DNA of 64,000 nucleotides from assembly GCA_028292405.1 (NCBI GenBank), contig JAQGMJ010000083.1:4464-68463 (forward strand). The letters are read 5' to 3'. Below, one piece after another: positions 18,959 through 26,300 of the stretch; within the stretch, counting starts at the first letter, position 1; every line of letters starts with the position of its first letter. Under the pieces are notes generated by a model that saw only the letters and a list, made by a program, of their open reading frames with translations, was not told the DNA's origin and ran no database searches. This DNA is from Betaproteobacteria bacterium. GTDB taxonomy: Bacteria; Pseudomonadota; Gammaproteobacteria; Burkholderiales; JAEUOS01. The position numbers and the translations under genes were made by a program.

Positions 18959-19541
18959 GCGTATCGAGTTGGACAAGCTGTTTTGGAAAGATTGGTAGTC
19001 TGCCCTGATTGTTCAACTGCGGGAAAAGCACTCGCATGTCTCGTTTTTTAACCTCCAGGTCGGTACCCACCGGAGATTCGAGACATGACGGCGTCGAAGT
19101 CGAAATCGGTTCGGAAAGTACTTATGAAGTGACCGCTCTCCGACAAATATTCCACCTTGGCCAGATGATCTTCTGGAGCGTCGGCCATACGCACTTTTCC
19201 TGAGCAAATACATCCGATCTCGGTTTAAAAAAATCGACTGGGAATCCGACATGTGAAGACTGCGGAGAAGGCGATGAGGCGTGCCGCTGCGCCCAGTTCA
19301 TTTACGAAAGAGAGATTCTTGTGTCATTTATTTTATTTTCCGGACAGTTGCACGTTGAGGGATAGACCTTATAAGAATTAAAACAAGAACGCGAGTGCGG
19401 CCGTGCGAGCGGGAATGCGGCAAAGTCGCGTGCTTCGTAGTGGGATGGTGCTATTGCTAACGGCGAGGCGCTTAAATTGTTCGCTGAATTCGATGAAATG
19501 TCTAATAAATACAAATGCTTGGTTAACTTTTTCGCCGCCGA

Positions 19542-19580
19542 AAATCAACCACACTTAGCGCATCGACCCGCGTATCTTTG
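19542..19580 (+). promoter_or_regulatory. 39-nt bipartite motif AAATCRACCACACTTAG-N13-GTATCTTTG (copy A), candidate promoter of the TerS-like gene
   Basis: A second copy with identical 13-nt spacing lies at 45992..46030 (box 1 16/17, box 2 9/9, plus CGAC in the spacer). It ends 31 nt before the ATG at 19611. Confidence 0.45.
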
Positions 19581-19610
19581 TTTCCAGTACCCCCAATTAC
19601 TGGAGCCACC

Positions 19611-20636
19611 ATGGATACCCAACTCACGTTCCGCCAGGAACGCTTCGTCTTCGAATACCTGAAAGACCAGAACGCCAGCGCCGCCGCCGCGCGCGCCGGC
19701 TACACCGCCAAAAACCTGGCCGCGCAGGGCAGTGAACTGATGAGCAACCCGGCCGTGCGGGACCGGGTGCGGATGGAGATGCAGGGCATGCTCTCGGAGT
19801 TGCGCTGCTCGGCGGTGGAGTTGATGAAGCAGCGCATGCGGGCCGCGTTCTTTGATGCGGGGAAGTTGCTGCGGGGGTGGGAACCGATAGCGCTTGAAGA
19901 GCTGGATGAAGAGACGCGCCGGGCGGTGGAGGTGAGCACCATCATGCGCAAGAGCGGGCCGGAGGTGCGGGTGAAGCAGCCGGACCGCAACCGTGCCTTG
20001 CGCGCGCTAGAGAAGGTGCTTGAGCGGCTGGAGCGGCTCAATGCGCAGTGTTACGCGCAGTTGGAAAGGGCGGGGGAGATTCCGAGCCTGGAGGAACTGG
20101 AGCGGATGGCGGAGGAGGACGATGCGCGGGCCGTGGCCGAGAAGTCGGCGAGCGGCATTTCGGAAAAGCGCCCGGAAGTCAGTCGTCCTGCGGAACCTCA
20201 GGCAATGCCGGGTCCAGCGATGGGCATGGCGACGATGTTTCTGCTGTACCCCGAAAAAGCACGGGCCATGATGGGTTGGGAAGCGAAGCCGGGCGAGACG
20301 CCGGCAGCTACGGTTTCTGTAGAAGCTCAGGTTTTGTCAGGTTCGCCTCAGATGGCCGAAGCGGGCTGTGCGCTTATTTCGGAGCAACGCCCTGAAAGAA
20401 GTCCCCTTGGGGGACCTAAGGTTTTGTCAGGTTCGCGGGCAGCGAAGGCCGGGGGTGGGGCTCGCAAGCGTTCCCTAGTGGTTCGCGCGCGGTCCGCAGC
20501 AGTTGCCGAAAAACCTCAGGTTATGTCAGGTTCACCGCAGCCGGCACGACGTTCCTTGCTGGGCACTGCGTGGTCGGCGCTGACCAGGAAGCGCGGCCAG
20601 GCGCCTGCGCAGGGGATGCGGGCGCCCCTTCAATAA
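19611..20636 (+). CDS. phage terminase small subunit (P27/Terminase_2-like) with an aberrant, repeat-derived C-terminal extension of about 170 aa
   Basis: MDTQLTFRQERFVFEYLKDQNASAAAARAGYTAKNLAAQGSELMSNPAVRDRV...AAFFD is the conserved TerS N-terminal HTH region. GGAG lies 6 nt before the ATG. GC3 bias fades after about 20170. Confidence 0.72.
   Translation: MDTQLTFRQERFVFEYLKDQNASAAAARAGYTAKNLAAQGSELMSNPAVRDRVRMEMQGMLSELRCSAVELMKQRMRAAFFDAGKLLRGWEPIALEELDEETRRAVEVSTIMRKSGPEVRVKQPDRNRALRALEKVLERLERLNAQCYAQLERAGEIPSLEELERMAEEDDARAVAEKSASGISEKRPEVSRPAEPQAMPGPAMGMATMFLLYPEKARAMMGWEAKPGETPAATVSVEAQVLSGSPQMAEAGCALISEQRPERSPLGGPKVLSGSRAAKAGGGARKRSLVVRARSAAVAEKPQVMSGSPQPARRSLLGTAWSALTRKRGQAPAQGMRAPLQ
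20326..20536 (+). repeat. three copies of the 22-nt motif CTMAGGTTWTGTCAGGTTCRCS at 20326, 20416 and 20515
   Basis: Read directly. Spacing is 90 and 99 nt. A degenerate fourth copy lies at 20197..20215. All copies lie inside the 3' half of the TerS-like ORF. Confidence 0.85.
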
Positions 20637-21112
20637 GGCGTGCCGTCCTTGCGCGTGTACATCCACTTGCCGTCGGCGCTTTGCATCGCCTGCAAGTCGT
20701 CGTCCGGGTAGCTGCCGGCGTCGCCCGGCGTGCGGTCGCCGACTTCGAGGTAGAGCACGTCTTCGCTGCTGCGGTTGACCAGCTGGTGGCCGTCGCCGCT
20801 GCCGGCCTTGAAGCCGGCGCACATGCCGGGGGCGAGCGGGGTTTCGCCGGCGTCGGTGATGAGCACGGGGCGGCCGGCGAGAATGTAGACGAACTCGTCC
20901 TGCTTCGTATGCGCGTGCCGCAGCGATGAGATGCCGCCGGGCGCCAGGCGGGTGAGGTTGACGCCGAAGTTGGAGAGGCCGAAGAGGTCGCCCAGCGCGC
21001 GCTTTTCACGCCCGGCCATGCGCGAGGCGAAGGGTTCGGGGTAGCTGGAGGGTTTGCTGCGCGGCGCCGCGTCGAGGGCGAGGAGGGCGGCGGGGGTGGG
21101 CGGAGTGGACAT
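20630..21112 (-). CDS. cupin domain-containing protein
   Basis: The conserved cupin barrel (GGISSLRHAHTKQDEFVYILAGRPVL...GFKAGSGDGHQLVN). ATG at 21112. Its stop overlaps the TerS-like ORF stop by 7 nt in convergent orientation. Confidence 0.8.
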   Translation of the reverse strand: MSTPPTPAALLALDAAPRSKPSSYPEPFASRMAGREKRALGDLFGLSNFGVNLTRLAPGGISSLRHAHTKQDEFVYILAGRPVLITDAGETPLAPGMCAGFKAGSGDGHQLVNRSSEDVLYLEVGDRTPGDAGSYPDDDLQAMQSADGKWMYTRKDGTPY

Positions 21113-21410
21113 GTAGGCGCGCGGGGCGGGAGTGAGGACGCGGAACTGTAGCAACGGCGGCGCGCGCCTGGCTTGAAAGTTACGCGGCGCCGGGTGAAAA
21201 CTTTTCGCGGGATCGATTCGGCTTTGTCGCGGGGGAGGGGGTGGCGCGAGTCGAGCTAGGCGGCGCCGCCCCCTTGGAAGAAACGAGGCTGCGCTTGGCT
21301 TTCCCCTTGTTTTGAGGGAAATCGTTAGTCCCCAGACTGGTGCGTCGCAGCACCGATTTCGTGCATTTAAATGAAGAAAAACAAATAGTTAGCCGGTTTG
21401 ACGATTTTTG

Positions 21411-21439
21411 TTGACCGCCTGTTCCTGGCTCAATAAGAT
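21411..21439 (+). promoter_or_regulatory. candidate sigma-70 promoter (TTGACC-N17-TAAGAT)
   Basis: Located in an AT-rich stretch 62 nt upstream of the TTG start at 21501. Confidence 0.4.
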
Positions 21440-21500
21440 ATATTGTATCCAGTCTACAATCTACAAAAACGGACTTGGTGTTCCGTTTGGAGGTTGAAGA

Positions 21501-22541
21501 TTGAAGCAAAACGTCTTGGTTGAACCTGGGAGAAGTTGCGTGGCGGCAAGTGGCGTGGCAATGAAAATCCGGCGGCGCTACAACGTCACCGTGCCGCCGC
21601 ACGAGCTGACGGACGCGCTGACGCCGACCGAAAAGCTGTTCGTCGTCTATCACGTCGGCGTGCCGGAGATGGACATCGGCCGCTGGCAACTGGCGGTGTG
21701 CGGCATGGTGCGCACGCCCATTGCGCTTTCCTTCGCGCAACTCGATGCGCTGCCGAAGGTGACGCAGGCGGCCGTGCACGAGTGCGCCGGCAGCGCGGTG
21801 AACCCGAAGGTGCCGGTGCGGCGGGTGGCGCATGTGGAGTGGCGCGGGCCGCGGCTGCGCACGGTGCTGGAGGCGGCGGGCATCGACCCGCGCGCCACCT
21901 ATGTGTGGGCCAGCGGCACCGACAACGGCCTCTACGAAGGCACCGGCGTGCACATCGACTGCTACCAGAAGGAGCTGCCGCTGGAGAAGGCGCTGGCCGA
22001 CGAGGTGCTGGTCGCCACCGAGGTCAACGGTATGCCGCTGAGCGAAAACCATGGCGCGCCGGCGCGCCTGGTGGTGCCCGGCTACTACGGCACCAACGCG
22101 GTGAAGTGGCTGAGCGAGCTGCGCCTGGCCGACCAGCGCAGCGAGGGCTACTTCGCCGCCACGCTCTACAACGACGCGGTGACGGAAAACGGCGTCGAGT
22201 CCACGCACCCGGTACGCGAGATCGCGCCGCACGCCTTGATCATTGCGCCGGCGGCAGGAGCAATGCTGGCCGCGGTGCCGCAAACCATCTGGGGCCGCGC
22301 CTGGGGCAGCGAGGAAATCGCGCTGGTCGAAATCAGCACCGATGGCGGTGCCACCTGGTGGGTGGCGCGGCTGGAGCCGCGCACGGGGTTCAGCTGGCAG
22401 CGGTTCGCCTTCGAGTGGACGCCCGCCGGCCCCGGCACCTACCAGCTGGCTTGCCGTGCCACCGACCGCGCGGGCCTGCGGCAGCCGGTGCAGGGCGCGA
22501 GAAACGAAATTTTCCGGCTTGAGGTAACGGTCGGGCAGTGA
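21501..22541 (+). CDS. sulfite-oxidase-fold molybdopterin-dependent oxidoreductase
   Basis: Oxidored_molyb-type core with the Mo-ligand Cys context (VHECAGSAVNP) and a C-terminal Ig-like dimerisation domain. TTG start sits 7 nt after GGAGG. No signal peptide is evident. Confidence 0.82.
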   Translation: MKQNVLVEPGRSCVAASGVAMKIRRRYNVTVPPHELTDALTPTEKLFVVYHVGVPEMDIGRWQLAVCGMVRTPIALSFAQLDALPKVTQAAVHECAGSAVNPKVPVRRVAHVEWRGPRLRTVLEAAGIDPRATYVWASGTDNGLYEGTGVHIDCYQKELPLEKALADEVLVATEVNGMPLSENHGAPARLVVPGYYGTNAVKWLSELRLADQRSEGYFAATLYNDAVTENGVESTHPVREIAPHALIIAPAAGAMLAAVPQTIWGRAWGSEEIALVEISTDGGATWWVARLEPRTGFSWQRFAFEWTPAGPGTYQLACRATDRAGLRQPVQGARNEIFRLEVTVGQ

Positions 22542-22575
22542 TGCAGCGAAAACGGTTTATTCAAAAGGGGTAGTC

Positions 22576-23544
22576 ATGCAAGTTCGATATGTTCTGGCGC
22601 TGGTGCTTTCTTGTGTTCATCTATTGGCGGGCGCACAAGGCGCGTATCCGGCCAAGCCGATCCGGCTGGTGGTGCCGTTCGCCCCGGGCGGGGGCACCGA
22701 CAATTTCGCCCGGCCGCTGGCGCAGCAATTGTCCGAGCAGATGGGCCAGCAGGTGGTGATCGACAACCGTGCCGGGGCCGGCGGGGTGATCGGCAGCGCC
22801 AACGTCGCCACCTCCCTGCCCGACGGCTACACCCTGCTCGCCACCACCGACACCAGCGTCTACCTGACCTCGCAGGTGGTGAAGAACGACAGCTTCGACC
22901 CGGTCAAGGGCCTGGTGCCGGTGATCAACGCGGCGATCACGCCGACCGTGGTGGTGGTAAATCCCTCGCTGCCGATCCACACGATGAAGGAACTGGTGGA
23001 CTACGCGAAAAAGAGCCCGGACCCGATTCCCTACGTCACCGCCGGCGTCGGCTCGCTGCACCACCTCACTGGCGAGTCGCTGGCGCTGGCCACCCAGGCC
23101 AAGCTGACCCACGTCGGCTACAAGGGCGGCAACCCGGCGCTTACCGACCTGCTCGCGGGCCAGGTGAAGGTCGGCATCCTGATCCTGTCGACGATCACGC
23201 CCTACCTCGACTCGGGCAAGCTGCGCGCCATCGCGGTGATCGAAAATCACCGCAGCAAGACCCGCCCGGAGATTCCGACCATCGCCGAGTCCGGCGTGCC
23301 GGGCTTCTCGATGCCCGACACCGGGCTGGGCATCTGGGCGCCGGCAGGCACGCCGCCGGCCATCGTGCAGTATCTCAACCAGGAAGTGCGCCAGGCGATG
23401 ATGAACCCGGCGGTAAAGGCCGCGCTGGAAAAGTCGGGCTACGAAATCCGCCCGAATACACCCCAGGCATTCGCCGCGCAGGCGGTGACGAGCTATGCCA
23501 GCTACCAGCGGCTGGTGAAGGACACCAAGATTACCGCGCAGTAG
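22576..23544 (+). CDS. Bug/TctC family substrate-binding protein
   Basis: Signal peptide followed by YPAKPIRLVVPFAPGGGTD. Confidence 0.9.
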   Translation: MQVRYVLALVLSCVHLLAGAQGAYPAKPIRLVVPFAPGGGTDNFARPLAQQLSEQMGQQVVIDNRAGAGGVIGSANVATSLPDGYTLLATTDTSVYLTSQVVKNDSFDPVKGLVPVINAAITPTVVVVNPSLPIHTMKELVDYAKKSPDPIPYVTAGVGSLHHLTGESLALATQAKLTHVGYKGGNPALTDLLAGQVKVGILILSTITPYLDSGKLRAIAVIENHRSKTRPEIPTIAESGVPGFSMPDTGLGIWAPAGTPPAIVQYLNQEVRQAMMNPAVKAALEKSGYEIRPNTPQAFAAQAVTSYASYQRLVKDTKITAQ

Positions 23545-23571
23545 GCGTCGGCAGTAGCACCAGGCGCCTGA

Positions 23572-23657
23572 CAGCGGGCAAAAGGCAGCGGGCGCCAGGC
23601 AGCGGGCAGAGGGTAAGCGAGCAGCTGGTAAGCGGGCAGCGGGTAAGCGAGCAGCAG
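23572..23657. repeat. degenerate 14-15 nt tandem repeat, six units (CAGCGGGCNNNNGG x3, then TAAGCGRGCAGCNGG x3)
   Basis: Read directly in the convergent intergenic region. It is followed by a GC hairpin, ccgcccg-gcccg-cgggcgg. Confidence 0.85.
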
Positions 23658-23692
23658 TCCCGCCGCCCGGCCCGCGGGCGGCATGCGCGGGC

Positions 23693-24406
23693 TTACAGGT
23701 GCGGCGGCGCGCCGACCAGGATGGGCGTGTTGGCGGAGAGCATCTCGTCCATGTCGGGCAGGAAGTCGAACACCTGCTCGCCCTTGAACCAGCGCTCCTC
23801 CAGGCCCGGGTCCTCGAGGGCCTCGAGCAGGGCCTGGCCGAGTTCGTGCGGGTAGGACGGCAACTGGCGCTTCAGGTAGCCTTCGACGGTGCCGTTGAAC
23901 ATCGCGGCGGCCTTGAGGTTGAGTTCCTCGTTTTCCGGCGGCGGGAGTTCCGCCTTGCAGGCTTCGACGTCGAGCGAGTTCAGGCGCCGGCAGCCGAAGG
24001 GGCGGCTTTCGTACACCGAGCACTTCGAGTCGACCAGCAGCGGACAGGGCAGGTTGTGGTGCTCGGGGCGCAGGCCCTTTGCGCGAACGGCGTGCTCGCG
24101 CAGGCGCGCGGTTGTGGCTTCCAGCTCGGCGGCCGGGCGCTTGCGCAACTCGGCGGCGATGAGAAAGATTTCCGGCGGCAGCGCTTCGACGCGGTAGGAG
24201 CAGCAGTAGCTGCAGCCGGGCTTGCAGTCGAACTGGCCCTCGGGTTTTTTGCGCACGGCGGCGACGATGGCGTCGGTCTTGTCGTGCGCGGTCTTCACCA
24301 GGTTGACGGCGAAGACGCGGTTGCGGTTTTGCGCCAGGCCGCGGGTAACCAGGGTGAACTGGTTGTCGTGGTGGGGCTTGATGTCCTGAAGCGTGAGCTG
24401 CGCCAT
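23693..24406 (-). CDS. YkgJ family cysteine-cluster (zinc/iron-chelating) protein
   Basis: CKPGCSYCCSY plus distal CPLL...CSVYESRPFGCR is the CxxCxxCC-type UPF0153/YkgJ pattern. ATG at 24406 is chosen inside ORF 23693..24532. Confidence 0.78.
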   Translation of the reverse strand: MAQLTLQDIKPHHDNQFTLVTRGLAQNRNRVFAVNLVKTAHDKTDAIVAAVRKKPEGQFDCKPGCSYCCSYRVEALPPEIFLIAAELRKRPAAELEATTARLREHAVRAKGLRPEHHNLPCPLLVDSKCSVYESRPFGCRRLNSLDVEACKAELPPPENEELNLKAAAMFNGTVEGYLKRQLPSYPHELGQALLEALEDPGLEERWFKGEQVFDFLPDMDEMLSANTPILVGAPPHL

Positions 24407-24538
24407 ATTGGGTGAGCCTGTTGTGTTGTGCGGGACGATACGTGTATCGCCGAAACTTACGACTTTATCGTGGCCTTCAATTCTTGGAATCGACTGTCGC
24501 GTACGCAATCGAGGCCAGCGATTCCAAGCCAATCAGAC

Positions 24539-24569
24539 CCGACAAAAGCAGGTCTTGTACTTTTGTCGG
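24539..24569. repeat. hairpin of the CCGRCAAAAG...CTTTTGYCGG family (10-bp stem, 11-nt loop)
   Basis: The sequence ccgacaaaag-caggtcttgta-cttttgtcgg lies immediately after the stop of the 3-hydroxybutyryl-CoA dehydrogenase gene. Confidence 0.85.
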
Positions 24570-24571
24570 AA

Positions 24572-25423
24572 CTATTTATAGACATAAAAGCCGCGCCCGG
24601 TCTTGCGGCCGAGGTAGCCGGCGGCGACCATTTCCTTGAGCAGCGGGGCGGGGCGGTACTTGGAATCGTTGAAGCCTTCGTAGAACACCTGCATCACCGA
24701 CAGCATGGTGTCCAGGCCGATCATGTCGGCCAAGGCCAGCGGGCCGATCGGCTGATTGGTGCCCAGGCGCATGCCGTTGTCGATGTCTTCCGCCGTGGCC
24801 AAGCCCTCGGCGAGCACGAAGATGGCTTCGTTGATCATCGGGCAAAGAATGCGGTTGACCACGAAGCCCGGGTTGTTCTTCACGCTGATGGGCGCCTTGC
24901 CGAGTCGCTTGGCGAGTTCTTCGGTGGCGGCGTAGGTCTCGTCGGAAGTCGCCAGGCCGCGGATTACTTCGACCAGGGCCATCATCGGCACCGGGTTGAA
25001 AAAGTGCATGCCGATGAACTTGTCCGGCCGCGAGGTGGCGGCGGCCAGGCCGGTGATGGTGATGGAAGAGGTGTTGGTGGCGATGATCACTTCGGGCCGC
25101 GCGACACCGTCGGCGTCCTTGAGGATTTTGCGCTTCAGGCCTTCGTTTTCGGTGGCGGCCTCGATGATGAAGTCGGCGTCTTTCAGGTCCGCGATATTGG
25201 TGGTGGTGCGGATCATGCCCATCGCCTGCGCCTTGCCCGCCTCGGTGAGCTTTTCCTTTTTCACCAGGCGGTCCAGGCTGCCGGAGATGGCCTTGAGGCC
25301 GCGCTCCACCGCCGCGTCGTTGATGTCCAGCATCAGGGCATTGACGCCGCTGACGGCGCAAGCCTGCGCGATGCCGTTGCCCATGGTGCCGGCGCCGATG
25401 ATGCCTACGATCTGGATGGTCAT
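24572..25423 (-). CDS. 3-hydroxybutyryl-CoA (3-hydroxyacyl-CoA) dehydrogenase
   Basis: IGIIGAGTMGNGIA NAD-binding fold, plus the FFNP and GFVVNR motifs of the HBD/FadB-N family. Confidence 0.93.
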   Translation of the reverse strand: MTIQIVGIIGAGTMGNGIAQACAVSGVNALMLDINDAAVERGLKAISGSLDRLVKKEKLTEAGKAQAMGMIRTTTNIADLKDADFIIEAATENEGLKRKILKDADGVARPEVIIATNTSSITITGLAAATSRPDKFIGMHFFNPVPMMALVEVIRGLATSDETYAATEELAKRLGKAPISVKNNPGFVVNRILCPMINEAIFVLAEGLATAEDIDNGMRLGTNQPIGPLALADMIGLDTMLSVMQVFYEGFNDSKYRPAPLLKEMVAAGYLGRKTGRGFYVYK

Positions 25424-25439
25424 GGTGTTTCCCTGGAGG

Positions 25440-26162
25440 TCAGTTGAAATCGATCAAGGCGCAGTCATCCGCGGTAACGCGCAGGTAGCCGGGCTGCATT
25501 TCCCATGCCGGCAGCACCCAGCGCGTGCGCGCGACGCCGTCCACTTCGTGGTCGTGGCGCCCGGGGCGGTGGGTGTGGCCGTGGATCATGCGCAGGGCGC
25601 CGCTGTCGGCAAAGGCCTGCCGCACCGCGCTGTCGTTGACGTCCATGATCTCGGCGGCCTTCATCGCCTTTTGCGCCTCGCTCTTGGCGCGCATCTGCTC
25701 GATCGCCGCCTTGCGCGCGGCCAGGGGCTGCGCCAGCAGGGCGGCGCGCCAGGCCGGCGCGCGCGAGGTGGCGCGAAAGGCCTGGTATTCGTGATCGTCG
25801 GTGCACAGGGTGTCGCCGTGCAGCAGCACCGAAGCGACGCCTTCCAGTTGCAAGGGATGCGGGTCGGGCAGCAGCGTCAGGTGCGCGGCGTCGGCGAAGC
25901 CCGCGCCGGCGATGAAGTCGCGGTTGCCGTGGATGAAATAAAGCGGCACGCCGCGCGCCGCCGTCTGCGCCAGGGCACCGGTGACGCGCTGGTTGAAAGG
26001 CGCATCGACGTCATCGTCGCCGGCCCAGTATTCAAACAGGTCGCCGAGGATGTAAAGCGTGTCGCCGGTCCGCGGCACCTCGCGCAGGAAGCGCTCGAAC
26101 GCGAGGGTGACATCCTCGCGCTGCGAGGTGAGGTGCAGGTCGGAAATGAACAGGGCTGTCAT
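25440..26162 (-). CDS. lpxH: UDP-2,3-diacylglucosamine diphosphatase
   Basis: FISDLHL, GDLFEYW, HGNRD and GHTHRP calcineurin-like motifs in the LpxH arrangement. ppiA-ppiB-lpxH synteny. Confidence 0.93.
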   Translation of the reverse strand: MTALFISDLHLTSQREDVTLAFERFLREVPRTGDTLYILGDLFEYWAGDDDVDAPFNQRVTGALAQTAARGVPLYFIHGNRDFIAGAGFADAAHLTLLPDPHPLQLEGVASVLLHGDTLCTDDHEYQAFRATSRAPAWRAALLAQPLAARKAAIEQMRAKSEAQKAMKAAEIMDVNDSAVRQAFADSGALRMIHGHTHRPGRHDHEVDGVARTRWVLPAWEMQPGYLRVTADDCALIDFN

Positions 26163-26172
26163 CTGGAGAGTT

Positions 26173-26223
26173 CCGACAAAAGTCCGGATGACTTTTTATC
26201 AAGAGTCATCCGACTTTTGTCGG
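26173..26223. repeat. 51-nt hairpin of the CCGRCAAAAG...CTTTTGYCGG family (20/21-nt arms, one bulge)
   Basis: The sequence ccgacaaaagtccggatgact-ttttatcaag-agtcatccgacttttgtcgg starts 10 nt upstream of the lpxH ATG. Confidence 0.9.
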
Positions 26224-26234
26224 GGCTGCATAGC

Positions 26235-26266
26235 AAAAAGCCGCCGGCAGAGCCGGTCGGCTTTTT
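26235..26266 (-). terminator. rho-independent terminator after ppiB
   Basis: GC stem gccgccggc/gccggtcggc with one bulge, flanked by A5 and T5. Confidence 0.65.
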
Positions 26267-26300
26267 GAAGGTCAGGGCCACGAAAAGGCGGAAGCAGCTG

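Noticed and set aside
20197-20536. Spaced 22-nt repeats that could be mistaken for a small CRISPR array.
   Set aside because: There are only 3-4 imperfect copies with irregular spacing (90 and 99 nt). Parts of the supposed spacers are themselves similar to each other and to repeats elsewhere. There are no cas genes and no leader.
17440-21200. Possibility of a chromosomal integron cassette array (small genes separated by structured repeats).
   Set aside because: There is no intI gene. Gene orientations are mixed. The repeats lack the RYYYAAC...GTTRRRY attC architecture.
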